Assembly: GCA_965153455.1 (NCBI GenBank)
Contig: OZ234493.1
Location: forward strand, 8,422,213 to 8,486,212
Origin: Sphagnum compactum
Lineage: Eukaryota
Direction: 5' to 3'
DNA: 64,000 nucleotides
Within the stretch, counting starts at the first letter, position 1. Each line of letters starts with the position of its first letter. Both the position numbers and the translations under genes were made by a program. The notes beneath the pieces were generated by a model. It did not search any database, was not told the DNA's origin, and saw nothing but the letters and a program-made list of their open reading frames with translations. Shown here piece by piece: positions 25,501 through 39,300 of this stretch.

Positions 25501-26149
25501 ATGAATGTTGACTAATTATGGCTAATAGTTTCCACTAGGGTTGGCTATAGATGTAACTAAAGGGCTTTTGTTATAAAACAATTGCATGTGATGTTTTGGT
25601 GCCCACTTGCATACTCTTGCCATATTATTCTTCTTATGAATCATCATAACAAATCATTTATTTTCTTTTTTATAATCGTTATGGACCTTCACAAAGTTAC
25701 ATTGTTTACCTAGCTAGTTAGTTTGCAAGCTATCCTTATGAGCGAATGGGAGGGCAACTCCATTCTTATTGGCTTCACCACCATTTAGATTTGCCCTCTC
25801 CCCTTTTTTCATAGAACCACTACCTCCCTATGTAGGAAACTTCATTCTTGATGTCACTCATTTATTTGCCTTCCCTTTATAACTAACAAGTTGAAAACAT
25901 TGTTTAATATGGTGTGAGGAATCAAAACAAAACTTGGAAGGGATGAAACAAAAGTCATAGTTCGCAAGTATTGCCATCAATTTATTAGTGGTTTCATTTT
26001 TAACCACCAATGATGTCTCCCACCCTTCCCCAACTTCCAATGTTACATAATAGTGTTGTTTCATCGTGTCGATGCTTTTTTTTGTCAAAACTCAATATGG
26101 TGTGAAGTTCAAAAACTATTTTCCCAATTGAAATTTTGAAAGCAAACCA

Positions 26150-26520
26150 AAAATTGGAATCAAAAGGTGAATGTTTATTTCTTATAAAGTTTACCATCAC
26201 TTAAATAATTTTAAAAATACAACATCTTAGCCCTAACAAGTAATTAAACATAATCTTACCACCCTTACATTATGATTTAGATCAGCAAATAAAAAATTGA
26301 AAATAAAATATAAATGTTTATTTCTTACAAAATTCACAATTAGTTAATAGTATTGCAAATATAACACCTTAGCCCTAACAAACAATTAAACACAATCTTA
26401 CCACCTCTACATTATGATTTAGATTAGTAAACCAAGAATTGAAGACAAAAGGTGAATGTTTATTTCTTACAAAGCTCACAATCATTTAATAATCTTGCAA
26501 ATACGACATTTTAGCCTTGA
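26150..26520. repeat. Tandem repeat, ~143-bp unit, ~2.5 copies
   Basis: aatgtttatttctta.aaa...cttagccctaacaa...aatcttaccacc..tacattatgatttaga recurs. Confidence 0.85.
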
Positions 26521-27209
26521 TTACTTCTTGGTTTACTTACACCAAACATTCAATGTCTTTAGGAATAACAAATGCATAACTATGATTGTACCATAGGGGC
26601 AACACCTCTTCGAGTGTGGCTTTCGTAGCTTTAAGGTCAAGATTCATCATTTGTTAAAAAAAAAAAAAAACTTTCACGTCTTTTTTATTGTTAGGTCACC
26701 CTTTTCAACTAACAAACATTTCATGGGCCTTCAACATTTTGCCACACACAATTGGCAAAAGATTTGCCACCTACATGGCCTCGAACCATTTTCCAATTCC
26801 ATCCTAGACCTTTTTTGTGTCATGACAAAAATGCACCCTCACCACTTTCAATTATGAAAGGCCTCCTACAAGCACCACCTTTGCTACAACACTCCATTTC
26901 ACAACCTTAAACCAATGCACTTCAAACCTACCCAAAAACCCAAACACAAAACAACCCCAAAAAAAACACACAACAAAGTCTACTATGAAAAAACACATTA
27001 CACAATTATTTGGAGATGATGCCATACATCTATGCCCCAATCAAAAAGGCACAAGAGGTGTAATGACTTGTCACACCCTATGTTCCAAAGCTCCATATCC
27101 TTCATAATGGATTTGTTTGTCACCATTTTCAACTTTGATTAATATTAAAATTTAAAAAATCAAGCTTTAGAAAGCCCCGAAATATATATCTATGTTGCAA
27201 TCTCCTCCA

Positions 27210-27500
27210 TTGGGCCATTTATATAGGTTACAATAGTAGAACTTAGGGCAAAAGATATGGGATAAAATGAGGAACTATTGGGAACATGTTGAGGAACACA
27301 TTGAGAACCTTTGGGAAACATGTAGGGAACTCATTGAAAACTTGATGGGACAACATTGAAAACACATTGGGAACAACAAATTTCCAACACTCCACCCTTT
27401 CCCCAAAAGAAAAAAACCCTAGGCCTCCTTGGGTGGATGCTACCTCACTTCATTGGTTGCAAGAATATTTTTTGCCTACCTATGTTCTTTGCCATTTTTG
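27210..27500 (+). repeat. Dispersed repeat family A copy
   Basis: tatataggtt...caaaagatatgggataaaatgagg.actattgggaacatgtt..., similar to 22089-22290 and 21700-21900. Confidence 0.7.
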
Positions 27501-28199
27501 GGTGTATATAGGAACCTCAATTAAAATCAGTACATAGATTTTTGGTTTTGCCAACAACTAAGGTATGTGAACCTTAAATGGATAGTTTGTTAAGTTTTCC
27601 CAATAATAAACAAAATTAAATATGGATTTTTTCCCTTCTGGTTAACAAATGGATCAAATGTTGAAATCAGTTAGAATTTTTTTGACCAAGGATGAATTAA
27701 TTTTCAAGTACATACATCAAAAGTGACATATAAGTGGGGCATATTTGGATAGTTGTCAAGGCTACTTGTGTGATGTTTTTTATTGTGTGCACACATTACA
27801 AGTTAAAAATGTGACAGTTATGCATGTTAATATGCATATCTAATAGGCCTAGATGGTGATACATACGTGACAAAATAATGACACATGTTGCGTTGGGAAT
27901 GGAGTTCATTACATTATAATAAGGTTTTTAAGCAAACATAATACCAACTTTAGACTTTCTTTGAATGGATACATGCCATGCCCAAAACTAACACCAAGTA
28001 ATATGAACTCAATACAAATGTCACATATTTTTGACTACTACTTAGCCTTATAAGGTGTGAAAAAGGTCGTTTTGACCCAAAAATGGTTGTTGGTTCCCAC
28101 GTTTTCTTCTTTATGTTTCCTACGAAGAAAAAAAATACAACAATTACAACTCTAATGTTCTAATCATTTGCAATGTTCTATCTACACCTACCTCATTCT

Positions 28200-30310
28200 A
28201 AAGCGATGGCCAAGAACACTTTGATGTAGCTCATAGTGGTTGCATGGAGTGTGAGTACTTTTGGTTTGCTTGCATGAATCTTAGTAGAATTTCAACAAAT
28301 TGTAGCACTTCACAAGATTGGTAAATAACACAACATGGGTCTCATTGGCTATATCCATTAATCGATTAGTTTCAAATCATTACATTCACTTCCTATTCGC
28401 TTTGCTTTCCTTTTTTCCATCACAATCTTCATGTTGTGGCCACATATAAGAAGCATTAAGCCATAAAATGGAACGGTGTAAGAATTTGGTGAAAGTCTAG
28501 CTCGGATCATTACATGGAATGTGTCCCTTTGCTTTGCAATGCTTTTTGTTAACCAAGCTTCATCAAACCTTCTTTTTGCTTCTCTATCTAAAAGTTGTTA
28601 ACGTTTTGCTTCTACTTTGTCTATTTTGTTTAAGATCCCCCCTTTTTTTTAGCAAGTTGTTTTTGCCTCCTATTGTCCCTTTCTCTAGTAGCTACTTTCT
28701 TCCTAGACACCTTCTCATGTTCTAAAGTTATTAAATAATGTTTTGATGTCATCATGATTGATTTTCTACAATCAATCAGTGGTTCCTCACCTAACTACTT
28801 CCAAGGTCTACTAATTTTTATTTTAGGAAGTAGAAAGAATTGAGAAATCGATGGCATGGGGTTGTTGCTATGTGCATGGGAATTGATTTTGGCTATAGTG
28901 AACACATTCAATGGTGTGTGAACTTGTTGAATTTGGTGGTCAAACCCTAAATTTGACCCAATTTTTGACAAGCTATGATTTTAGTTGCATCCGCCATTTG
29001 ATTCGTCATCCTTTTCATCATTGCGTCCATCTGCACCACTACCTTCCAAGTCAACAAAATAGTGGCATGTCTTTTGCACATCATTAGACATAAATGTTCC
29101 CTATATTCGCAAGTTGTCAACCGCAACCGAACCTATGTTAGTTGGTTTTTGTACATCTTTGAAGTTCTTAAAAGGATGCATCTTACCTTGCATCGCATTT
29201 GAGTTTAATGGCCATATGCTAGTTGTTTCAAACCCCTTTCAAATGTTGCTTGGTGTGAGATTTTTTTTCAAAGCCAATGAAACCCATTGAGCCAAATCTT
29301 ATTTCTTTGCAACTCTCCTTTTATTTGCTAATGTTCAAACATCTCAATATTATCGGAACGTAGTTTTGAACGGCTTGAAACAAGATACATCCAATCATTG
29401 CACTACGTGAGATGTATGTGATGGCAAAATATTAGGTGTAGCCCCATTCTCTTTACAATTTGGACATTGTTGACTGTGACATGGGAGTTGTGGCAGCCAA
29501 AAATTAGTAACTGTCTATTTTCTAAAGACATGTTGCCCCCGCATGCTTGCACTATTGCAATGAAATGAGAAATCCATGCATGTGGTTGCATTACCATAAT
29601 AGAGCCACTCTCACATCGCTCAATGTAATTTTTTGGAATTGTTTACCTTTAAAAATGTAGAAACTAGGAATTGATTTTCCATGTGCATTGATGTAGGACA
29701 ACATTAACAACCACTTTTGTTCATATGGAGTAATGGAATGCACGAATTTGGATCCAACCTTGGTGAACACAAATGTGCCACCATTATGACCAACATGTGC
29801 ACTGGATTCATCACAATTCCATATCTTGCTTGTAGTGTAGTTGTGTAGATCATAAGCTTGCTACAAGTTGTCATAGAATATCACAACATTGCTAGGGTAT
29901 AGTCCTTTTGCACGCCCAACTTCAAGGCCTTAAGCTACACACAATGACAGGTCTGGGTTATGTTTCCTAAACCACTGCAACCAACCCCAACTTAAGATTT
30001 TGTTTTTGAAGGGAGTCAACCTTTCTTGTGTCACTTTTGTTACCTTCAGCCACAACTATGTCAAAGTGTTGGGATGCCGTATCCTTTGCATTTGTTTGAT
30101 GTAGTTTACAAGTGTAGCTTCTTATACACTTTCAAACACCCCTAACTTTCCTCTACATCTATGTCTAGTTAGTGTCACACCATTTAAGTGATTTCTTAAA
30201 GAGGTGATAGGGACACCCCATATCATGTTGGAGACACAATCTTTGATCCACTTTCAATAGCCAACATTTCATTCTGTACGTCAACGTCAGACCAATTGCC
30301 ATTTTTTTCA
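28200..30310 (-). mobile_element. Second decayed pogo-like (DDE_1) transposase
   Basis: GNWSDVDVQNEMLAIESG...TSLRNHLNG (psq HTH), ENRQLLIFGCHNSHVT (degenerate LLILDGHxSH) and LDVSCFKPFKTTF; multiple stops. Boundaries approximate. Confidence 0.8.
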
Positions 30311-31968
30311 ATATTTGTTTTCATGCACGTTGTCTGGTTGAATTCCATTGTGATGCATGCTCATTTGATGCTTGTGAATTCATGTGAAACTCTACACTTG
30401 AATCTTGGTGTGTAGCTTGCTAGTTCACAATGTACACATATTGGTGGGGTTCGTGGTTGTCAAAGCCCGTGTAACTTAGATTGGTTGGCTACGTCCAATC
30501 ATGTTGGAAGGTCACAACAGGTAGGCTTTCCTCACCTTGGGCCTGTTGTTCATAATTTGCATCATCTTGGCCATCTTCTTCATTGTCAGTTTGTTGAAAA
30601 TGCAAGCTTGTCTTCGGTTTCCTGATTTTTAGTCTCAGGTTGAAGCTTGAAATTTGGAATGTTGTCAAATCTGTAACAAGCAGAAAACTCAATGTGCAAA
30701 AAACTAAATCGTTTCTCACAAGTTGCGAAGTTTGCAGCCTCAGATACAACTTGATGAGTTTGTTTTTAGTTATGTGAAAGATAACTACTAATTTTGAAAT
30801 AGACAAACATTTTTTCTTTCTCTATTTCAAACAATTCCTTAACTAAATTAATTATCTTTTGAAAGTGTGCTGATCAAGGTTCAAAATTGACGACCATTTG
30901 CTCTTAATAAAGCATGCATTATTTTTTTAATAAACATTCGCCACCTTTGTAGTAAAGTTCAAAAATGTGTGTTGAATGGCTTGGTTTTGTGTTCATTCAT
31001 GATTGAATGTATGTTTTGAATGAGTTAATTGTGCCTTGAAAATAGCCTAATTAGTTGAGCAAATAATCTCATAATATTTTGAAATTAATTAGAAAGCAAC
31101 CTTTGTAATAACACATTAAATTTAAAAAAAAGTTGAGTCTTTGCGACCAAACCATTGGCACTCTTTCACCACAAGAATAGCTGCTGATCCTTTTAGTTAC
31201 ACTGAATTTGGTATTTGGGCCCACCTTCAGTCCTAAATATGTTAAGAACATGGGTAATTATGGTATGTTAATTAAGCAAACTGTTTTAAGCCAAACATCT
31301 CATGCTTTTAACAGGCAAAAATAGGTGTGCAATTTAAGGTTCATATTCCTTACTTTTAACTGGACATACATGAACCCAGTCTCATATAGTAGAACAGGGA
31401 ACTTATATTACCAAATCAGATTCTTAGAATAAGAGCCTTGAATTGTTTTTAGGAGTTAAGTTCAATTAATGACCTTAAACATTGTAATAGTATCCTAGGG
31501 CTGTCCATAGGTGCAAAGAAAAAAATAGAATTATGATAGAATTGTGAATAGAATTATTATAGAATTCTGATAAAAAAAATAGAATTATGATAGAATTGTT
31601 TATGATATAATTTGAAAAAATATGAATAAAAGATCATGTAATAGGTGTATAACTGATAATACAACCTATATTGTTTTCAACCAAGCATTTGAGAATCAAA
31701 CCCTTATGCATATAATTGCTGGTTATTATTTATTATAAAAAAAACCAACCAAATTGATAATTAGATGTATTACTTTGACAATGAAATTGAGAACCAATGG
31801 GTTTTAATTTAAAAAAAAATTGGATGACCTTGCCTTGATGCAGGCTAATATTAATTGTGTAAAGGGTATTAGCCTTAGGATGAGGGCAATATTGGGATAA
31901 GAGCCTACACCTAAAGGCAATAGCTTAGTGTGGACCTGATTTTGGTCATGGCCTTTGTCCAAGAGCCT

Positions 31969-32156
31969 TTAGGGTAAAAATTCCCACCTAGAATTCCTTT
32001 AAATTACCAATGGCATATTAGGGTAAAAATTCCCACCTAGAATTTCTTCAAAATTACCAATGGCATATTAGGGTAAAAATTCCCACCTAGAATTTTCTTC
32101 AAAATTACCAATGGCATATTAAGGTAAAAATTCCCACCTAGCATTTTTTTCAAAAT
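31969..32156. repeat. Tandem repeat, 49-51 bp unit, ~3.7 copies
   Basis: ttagggtaaaaattcccacctagaatt(t)cttc(a)aaattaccaatggcata repeated head to tail. Confidence 0.95.
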
Positions 32157-32859
32157 ACACAAGGCAAGACTTTTTAGTGTAGGTTTAGTTTGACCTCTCA
32201 TTAAAAGTCACCTCAAACCGACGTTTTCTAGGAGAAGCTATTTTCTAAATGGGTCTCCGTCCGTGTGCCTTACATTCTAATGACAAATTCCTTAAGTTTG
32301 GACTATTGTTCTTAGACATCCAAATGGGTTTCATTTTCCCCCTTTGCTTGATAATACTAAGTCTTGGGCTTATTTCAGTCACATGCTCCTTAAGTATGTT
32401 GCACCCTTGGTTCGCAAAAACAAAAAAACAAGGCATCACAAACACGCTGGCCCTGCCAATAGATAAGATGTTGTATGTACATCTATCTACTGTACAACTA
32501 GGGTTGTGACAAGCTTACAACCTTGGCATTCGACCGAATGGGTTTTATTACAAGTTTTCAAAATGTTTTGTAAATTCCCAATGTGTTCTTTAAGACATAC
32601 CCAATAACACCTCATTTTTTATCCCATATTGTTTGGCCATGGTTCAACTTCCATATATATATATATAACTTGTAAAGAGTGGGGCAATGAGAATAATGAC
32701 AAAACATGCTTCTATCTTAGGCCTCTATGTTGGGAAGTTCCCCCATGTTCAAAAAAGATTTGTGATTGAGAAGGATAAAAAAGAAAACTGAAGGTGCCTT
32801 GCTTTTTTCCTTTTATAAGTTTTGGGGGAGAGGGGGGGAGAGAAGGATTTTTTTTCATT

Positions 32860-33140
32860 TTTCCCTGGTTCCCAATATGTTCCCTTTAAGTTTTCAATGG
32901 GTTCCCATCAAGTTCCCAATATATTCCCCAAGTTCTCAATGTGTAATCCAACATGTTCTCCATAGCACCTCACGTTTATCCCATATGCTTTGGCAAATGT
33001 TGCTCTCCTTTCACCTATAGAGGTGGGCCAATGGGGAGGAACTCTATACCTCAAAAGAGAACCTTCAATTTTGGGGAGCCTACATAGTATTAATTTTTTT
33101 GAGTGATGGGCCAATCAAATTGGCTCGCTGCAAAAAAAAA
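32860..33140 (-). repeat. Dispersed repeat family A copy (inverted)
   Basis: Reverse complement of the 22089-22290 core (tagcacctcac.tttatcccatatgctttggc...cacctatagaggtgggccaa). Confidence 0.75.
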
Positions 33141-33718
33141 AAAGAAGGGTAAAATTTGAACTTGGGAGGCACCTCAGGTGGACAAATGGTATTTTCAAAC
33201 AACTTTACTTTTACGAGGATAATTTTTCATGCAGCCAATGAGAAGGCTCCACATGTAATTAAGCAGGCCCAATTTTTTTTTTCCTATTGGGTTTGGTGAG
33301 GGATTGGGGGATCTTTTTTGATTTTTTTTCTCCTGAACGTGTTCCCATCAAGTTCTCCAAGTTTTGGCAACGTTCCCACCACTGTGTTCCCCCAAAATGC
33401 TCCCAATAGCGCCCACCACATTTTTTCATCCCAATATATGCTTTTGGTGAAAGTTGAATTTTGAGTAATTTTCGTCACTGGAAATTAATTTTAAAATTTA
33501 AATATATATTTTCTCACACAAATTGAGCACTATTGTCAAGGGGCCTGTTCACACTTGCGCCAGCAGCACAAAACTAAGAACTCACGACTGGAGGTGAGTG
33601 GTGGTTAAAGGATCTGGTTCTAGAAGGAGACCGGATGCAAGTCCGGGTTCTGGCGAGACCAGTACCCCAGGTGGAGTTCCTATTTAGGGTCTGGTGACCC
33701 AGCCCTTTTATATATATA

Positions 33719-34685
33719 CTAGTTTGAACCCCGTGCCTAATGCACAGGTGTGTTATTTCAACAATGTTTGGTTCATGTTTTAGTTTTTTTTTAAAAAAAT
33801 TATCTTTTATCTTTTTTATTTTTATGTGTTTTTTGTTTTTATTATTATTTTGTATAATAAAAATAAAGTGTTCTTTTTTCACTTTTGTATTTTTGTTTAT
33901 TTGGATGCAAGTTTGAAGTTTGGAGAAAGAAGACACACCTCATTCTTTTTCAAGTAGGGTTTTTCTTCATTATTATAAGTTTTATTTTTTCTTCTTTTCT
34001 ACTCTTTATTTGGTTTCTTCTTTTTTGTAGTTTTTTTTCTTTTAAAATGATTTTACTGTATTTCCCTTTCCTTGTTTCATTTGTTTCCATTCCTTTTTTA
34101 TAGTTTTTGTGTTTTTACTTTTTTTTGTTTATGTTTGTTTCATGTTTTAATTTTTTCTATTCTTATTTTGTCTATCTTCATTTTTTTTCTATCTTTATGC
34201 GTTTATTTATTTATTTAGTTTCTAGTTTCTTTTCCAAAAAAATTCTAGTTTTTCTAATATGTTTTATAATAAAAATAATTAAAAAAACTTTTTTATTTTT
34301 GTTTGATTAGATGCAGGTTTGAAGTTTGGAAAAAGAAGACAAACCTCATTTTTTTTTCAAGTATGGTTTTTTTTCCTCTTTTTTTTGCTCTCTGTTTTGT
34401 TTCTTATTTTATGTCTTCTATTTTTTAATTTTCTTTTAAGATTATTTTACTGTGTTTCCCTTTTTTGTTTCTAAACGGACGTAAATTGTAAACAGTTTCA
34501 TGTTTAAGTGTTTACAAAAAGTTTCTAATTGTTAAAGTGTTTTTCTGTTTTTATTTTTTTTCTAGTTTTTTCCCTTTTTAAAATATATATTTGTTCTGTT
34601 TGGATGGATGACGGGATGGATGACGGACGGACGGATGGATGGAAAGCTTCATTTCATCCCGACGTTCTTTACTATATGTAATAAA
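33719..34685 (-). mobile_element. Non-autonomous Helitron, ~970 bp
   Basis: Inverted near-copy of 62812-63882. 3' end CTAG at 33722-33719 followed by T, with a GC hairpin ~11 nt upstream. No TSD or TIR. 5' end ...ttattacatatagtaaag; canonical TC not clearly preserved. Confidence 0.8.
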
Positions 34686-34699
34686 AATTATTATTATTA

Positions 34700-35000
34700 T
34701 TGGCGAAATTTCGCCAAAAAGCGAAATTAATTTTTTTTTTAAGAACTCGAAATTGAAGTGATTTTGGAGGTTTTCAATCGCCAGAATTGAGGGGGAGAAA
34801 AAAAATACTAAAAACTACCAAAATTTCTCTATTTGGTTTTCAAAGTGAAGCCAAAAATATCGAAGGATGGGATTAAAGTTTTGTATTTCATATATGGTTT
34901 GGCTAAATCTTCGTAGGAGTGATCACCACTTTTTTTTAACATCTTTCCTATGCATGATCGCCACTTTGGCTAAAACCAAAAATTCCTTACAAAAAAAAGA
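34700..35000 (+). repeat. Dispersed repeat family B, starting with the 18-bp palindrome ttggcgaaatttcgccaa
   Basis: Blocks gccaaaa.tat.gaa.g.at, gctaaatctt and gatcgccactttggct are shared with 56250-56490 (+) and 62050-62330 (-). Confidence 0.65.
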
Positions 35001-36180
35001 AAAAAAAGCGCTGGGACTCCGACTCTGGGCCCAGTTGTTTTGGCTGAGACTGGTTCAGGTCAGGTCAGGCCCAGTTTTTATTATATCCAGTGGACACTTG
35101 CGGTCGAGTTACGGTTAACCGGACCTGGGCAACATTGGTGAGTGTACGTTGTATATCTTCTTCCTGTTACTAGATGCTGCTGCTTCTGCTGCTCCATAGC
35201 TCGCTCCCTTCCCTTCAGCGGCATCGCGATCTCAGAGAGAGAGAAAGAGAGAAAGAGATCCGCTTCAAGACTTCGTGCAATCAGGCGGACTTCTTCGATC
35301 TTCCAATTGCCAGGGAGGGAGGGAGGGAGGGGACGCAGGCAGGCAGGCAGTCAGGGAAACGACATCATCAGCTCGAGTGTGAAGGTTCGGGATCATTGCA
35401 TTAGTGCATTACCCCGCATCAATTTCAGACAACATTTGCTGCAACGCTCTGTTGTTGTTGTTGATGTTGTTCCTGCAATTGTAAATAAGGAAGCTCTTTT
35501 TTTTGGCATTATATTAGCATGCATCAAGGGATTATTGTTATTACCTTGCATTGATTTCAGACACTTCCGTTTTAATAATCTCGACATATCTTGTTTCAAC
35601 GCTCTTGTTGTTGTTCTTCCTCCTGCAATTTTGAATCTGGAAGCTCTTCTTTCTTGGCATTCTATTAGCAGGCATCAAAGCTCCTATCAATGCTTTACCG
35701 TGTGAAGCTTCTTCTTCTTCTTCGGGTTTAGTTTTGTCCGCCGCATAGGTACCCGTCAGACACGCGAGAGTACTTACTTTCAGACACTCCCAGTTCTTCA
35801 CAAACTTCATCAGATCATGGCTCACAACGCTAAGACTTGCTGCAAACACATCTTCTTGAGTCCATCTCTCAGGCAGCATACATAGATATATGTTTTTTTT
35901 TGGCCTTGTTCGCCACTTTTCTTTAGGCTGCAAAGAGCGATATACATATATATATTTTTGTCTTGTTCGCTGTCTTTTCTTTAGTCTGCAAAGAAAGCGC
36001 CATATCCAAAGGAGGAATTCCTATTTTGCGGCCGTCAATATGTGCATCTAGCAGGAAGCTGCTCATAGTTTTATGTCTGATTTTATTAACGTCTTCGTCG
36101 TCTTTTGTTGTGGCATTTTGGTGCGCACTAACAAAAGCGCGATTGTTCAGGAAAAACATTGTTCCAGAGCAGCAGTGGAG

Positions 36181-36333
36181 ATGGCAAATGATGGAGTAGT
36201 AGGGCTCGTGTATGATGCTCGAATGTGCGCGCACCAGAACGAGAGCAACAGCGAGCATCCGGAGCAGCCAGAACGAATCAGCTCCATCTACCAGTGCTTG
36301 AAATCTGCGGGCATTGTCGCCAGGTTTCTTCTA

Positions 36334-36364
<31 letters not shown>

Positions 36365-39300
36365 ATTCCATAACACAAAACAGCATACATTATTACTGAC
36401 TTGATATGATTATACTTATTGCAGCCCAGAGTTCTACAAAAGACTTGGCAAAGTTGTGCAAGCTTTTGTACAGTAAAAGGGTTGTTGAGTTTTTTTTGGA
36501 ACCTATGTAGCTGCTTCTGGGGCAGGCTCTGAGGAGCTGCTCAATATCTTTGCCATTTCTACAAATTTCTAACTCTGTGAGTTCTTTTACAGTATAGTAG
36601 CTGTCTATTGTTTTCGAACTCTTTCTCTGTGTGCTTCTCAGACAGCTATCACTTTGGGTTGTGATCATGGTGTGGAAGTCTACTGTGAAGTACTGCTAGG
36701 GCAGACCACCTGATGTGAAAAATGTGTCGATTTTATTGAGGATTCTCACCTGTGGGTATTGCATGTTTACGAGTTTCTGGGAAAAAAAATTAGTGGTCAA
36801 TGTGGTCCAAAGATTTCATATTGGAATTTAGCAGTCTCCAGCGTGCAGTGATTTTTGGAAGATTTAGAAAAATCCTGTTCATATCATTGAGACTTCTTTG
36901 TGACAATTTTACTCAGATTGAGCTTGCATACTGCTTTTCTCAGCATTTTGGCGCAAATGTCCTCTTGCTCGCCCTTAAACATATTTTCAAATTTGACAAT
37001 GTGTTGTTGCTGCACTTGATTGGCTGTGGGTGTGGGTGCAACACTCTTTGCTCTCATCTTGTTTGATCTTTTTTTGGGCAGATGTGTGAAGGTGGAAGCA
37101 AGGGAAGCAACAGATGAGGAACTGAGGAGTGTGCACACTGAGAGTCATGTTGAATTGATGAAAGCAGTGAGCAGCAGGACCTATGGTAGGCATGGGCGCA
37201 AAGGAATAGCAAAACGCTATAATTCAATCTACTTCAACGAGGGTTCCTCTGAGTCGGCCCTCTTGGCTGCTGGGTCAGTCATTGAGGTTGTGATCTAACC
37301 TTGTTTTCAGTTCTGGATTGTATCAATTTTCAAACCTACCAAGACTATGTTGTATTGAATTTTGGGGATGTGAATTGTGAATAGAGCTTTGCTAATGTGC
37401 CAAGCACCTTATAGACCTGTGAATCATTTGCAGGTTTCTGATCAGGTAGCACAAGGGAAGCTGAAAGCAGGAGCTGCAATTGTCCGACCGCCTGGGCATC
37501 ATGCAGAGGCTGATGCAGCTATGGGCTTCTGTCTCTTTAACAATGTTGCGATTGCTGCACATCTCCTTGTTCATAAGAAGGTACTACTTGGTTCCAAGGG
37601 GACAAAGAACAACTTAAGTAGGAACAAGGAGGCACTTGTGAAGATGTGCTAAAATATCCTTCTTGTTCCATCTTAAGTGCTTGTGTTAATCTTACCATGT
37701 AGTTTTTTGTTTGTGAATTGTGTTCAGAAACAATTAGGAGTGCAGAAGTTGCTGATAGTAGACTGGGATGTACATCACGGCAATGGCACCCAACACATGT
37801 TCTGGAGTGATCCCCAGGTCTTATATTTCTCTGTTCATAGGTATGCCTTTATAAATAACTTGCACACTTGTGCACATGGTAAATGAGGTCGAGGATGGAC
37901 AAACAAGCATCAGTTTATCTTAGAGTGAAACTCTGGTCAGGCGCAAGTATTACTGTTTATGTGCTAATATTTTCACCTGCAATTTATCCCTAATCTGGTG
38001 TGGCTTTTGAGAATGTGCTCTAGGTTCGACGATGGTTCCTTTTACCCAGCAGGAGATGAGGGCAATTATGACCATGTTGGAGTAGGCAAAGGAGCAGGTT
38101 ACAATATCAACGTTCCATGGCCACATAGCCAGTTTGGAGATGCTGATTACTTGGCAGTGTGGGAGCATGTGCTCATGCCTGTTGCCCGCAAATACAACCC
38201 TGACATGGTCTTGATCTCTGCGGGTTTTGATTCTGGTCAGTGTAGGAGTCTTCATACATGGAGTGAACTCACTTCTTGGTCAATCTCCACCACAGAAAGG
38301 ACATTTCTGTTTAAATTACTCATTAAGTTCTTGAGAAATTACCATGACAACATTGCCAAAGTACTTAGTTGCTGGCAGAGGTGGTGCAAACTGTTGGCAA
38401 TATATGAGTTGTAATTTCAGGTGTGTGTTGCAGCGGAAGGGGATCCACTGGGTGAATGTCGAGTGACACCAACAGCATATTTTAAGATGACAAAACAGGT
38501 GATCATCTCTCCCTTGTTGGCAGGTTTGTAGGAGCTGGGCAAGGAGAGTAAAATAGATTAAGTGTGTTGCTGACTCTTGTGTGGTCTCCTAACTAGTAAT
38601 TTTGTGATCCAGTTGATGGAGATAGCAGAAGGTCGGGTTGTGATTGCGTTGGAGGGAGGTTACAATCTAACATCAATCTCCAACTCCTATCTAGCATGCA
38701 TGCATGCGCTGTTGGGTGATGTGTTTTTGGAGAACCCCACTCACTTGAACAATCTTTTGGCACCAACCTTGCCTCTGATTGAAAAAGTATGATTGCTGGT
38801 CCATACTTAAACTCACCATTTGTAGAGCTTGTTCTTCAGTTTGGAGGAAAAAGTGATGCATTGTGGATACCGAATCAAGGCTTGAGCATTGGTTGTCTAA
38901 ACTATTGAGTACCAGATAAGTCCAGAGAATGACATTCTTGAAACTTTCTGAATATCTGAGTGTCATCTGAGATCAGAATTGTTTGGGACCCTTGATGGCA
39001 TGGCCCAATCTTTCCACATCATCAAATTATCATGGTTGCACTGTAGCTGATCAACCCGTGCTGAAGGTCTTCAACACTTATGATCATATGCACTTTGCAT
39101 TTTGAATCCCATTGTACAATTTTCTGAACATTAGGACATTAGCAGCTCACTCCCTGAAAACTAGTGTATGATGACCAAGGTAAAAAACATGATTGATCCA
39201 TTTGCAGGTACAGAATGAACTTCAGAAATACTGGCCTGTTCTCAGCATAAATCAAAAGGTATCTTGTCCAAGACCTATTGCAGGACAAGTTCTTTCTTGT

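Noticed and set aside
31969-32156. CRISPR-like array
   Set aside because: Units are contiguous with no unique spacers, there are no cas genes, and the context is eukaryotic.
35142-35933. 187-aa and 130-aa ORFs upstream of HDA5
   Set aside because: They overlap the inferred 5' UTR exon and intron, are low-complexity and show no domain.
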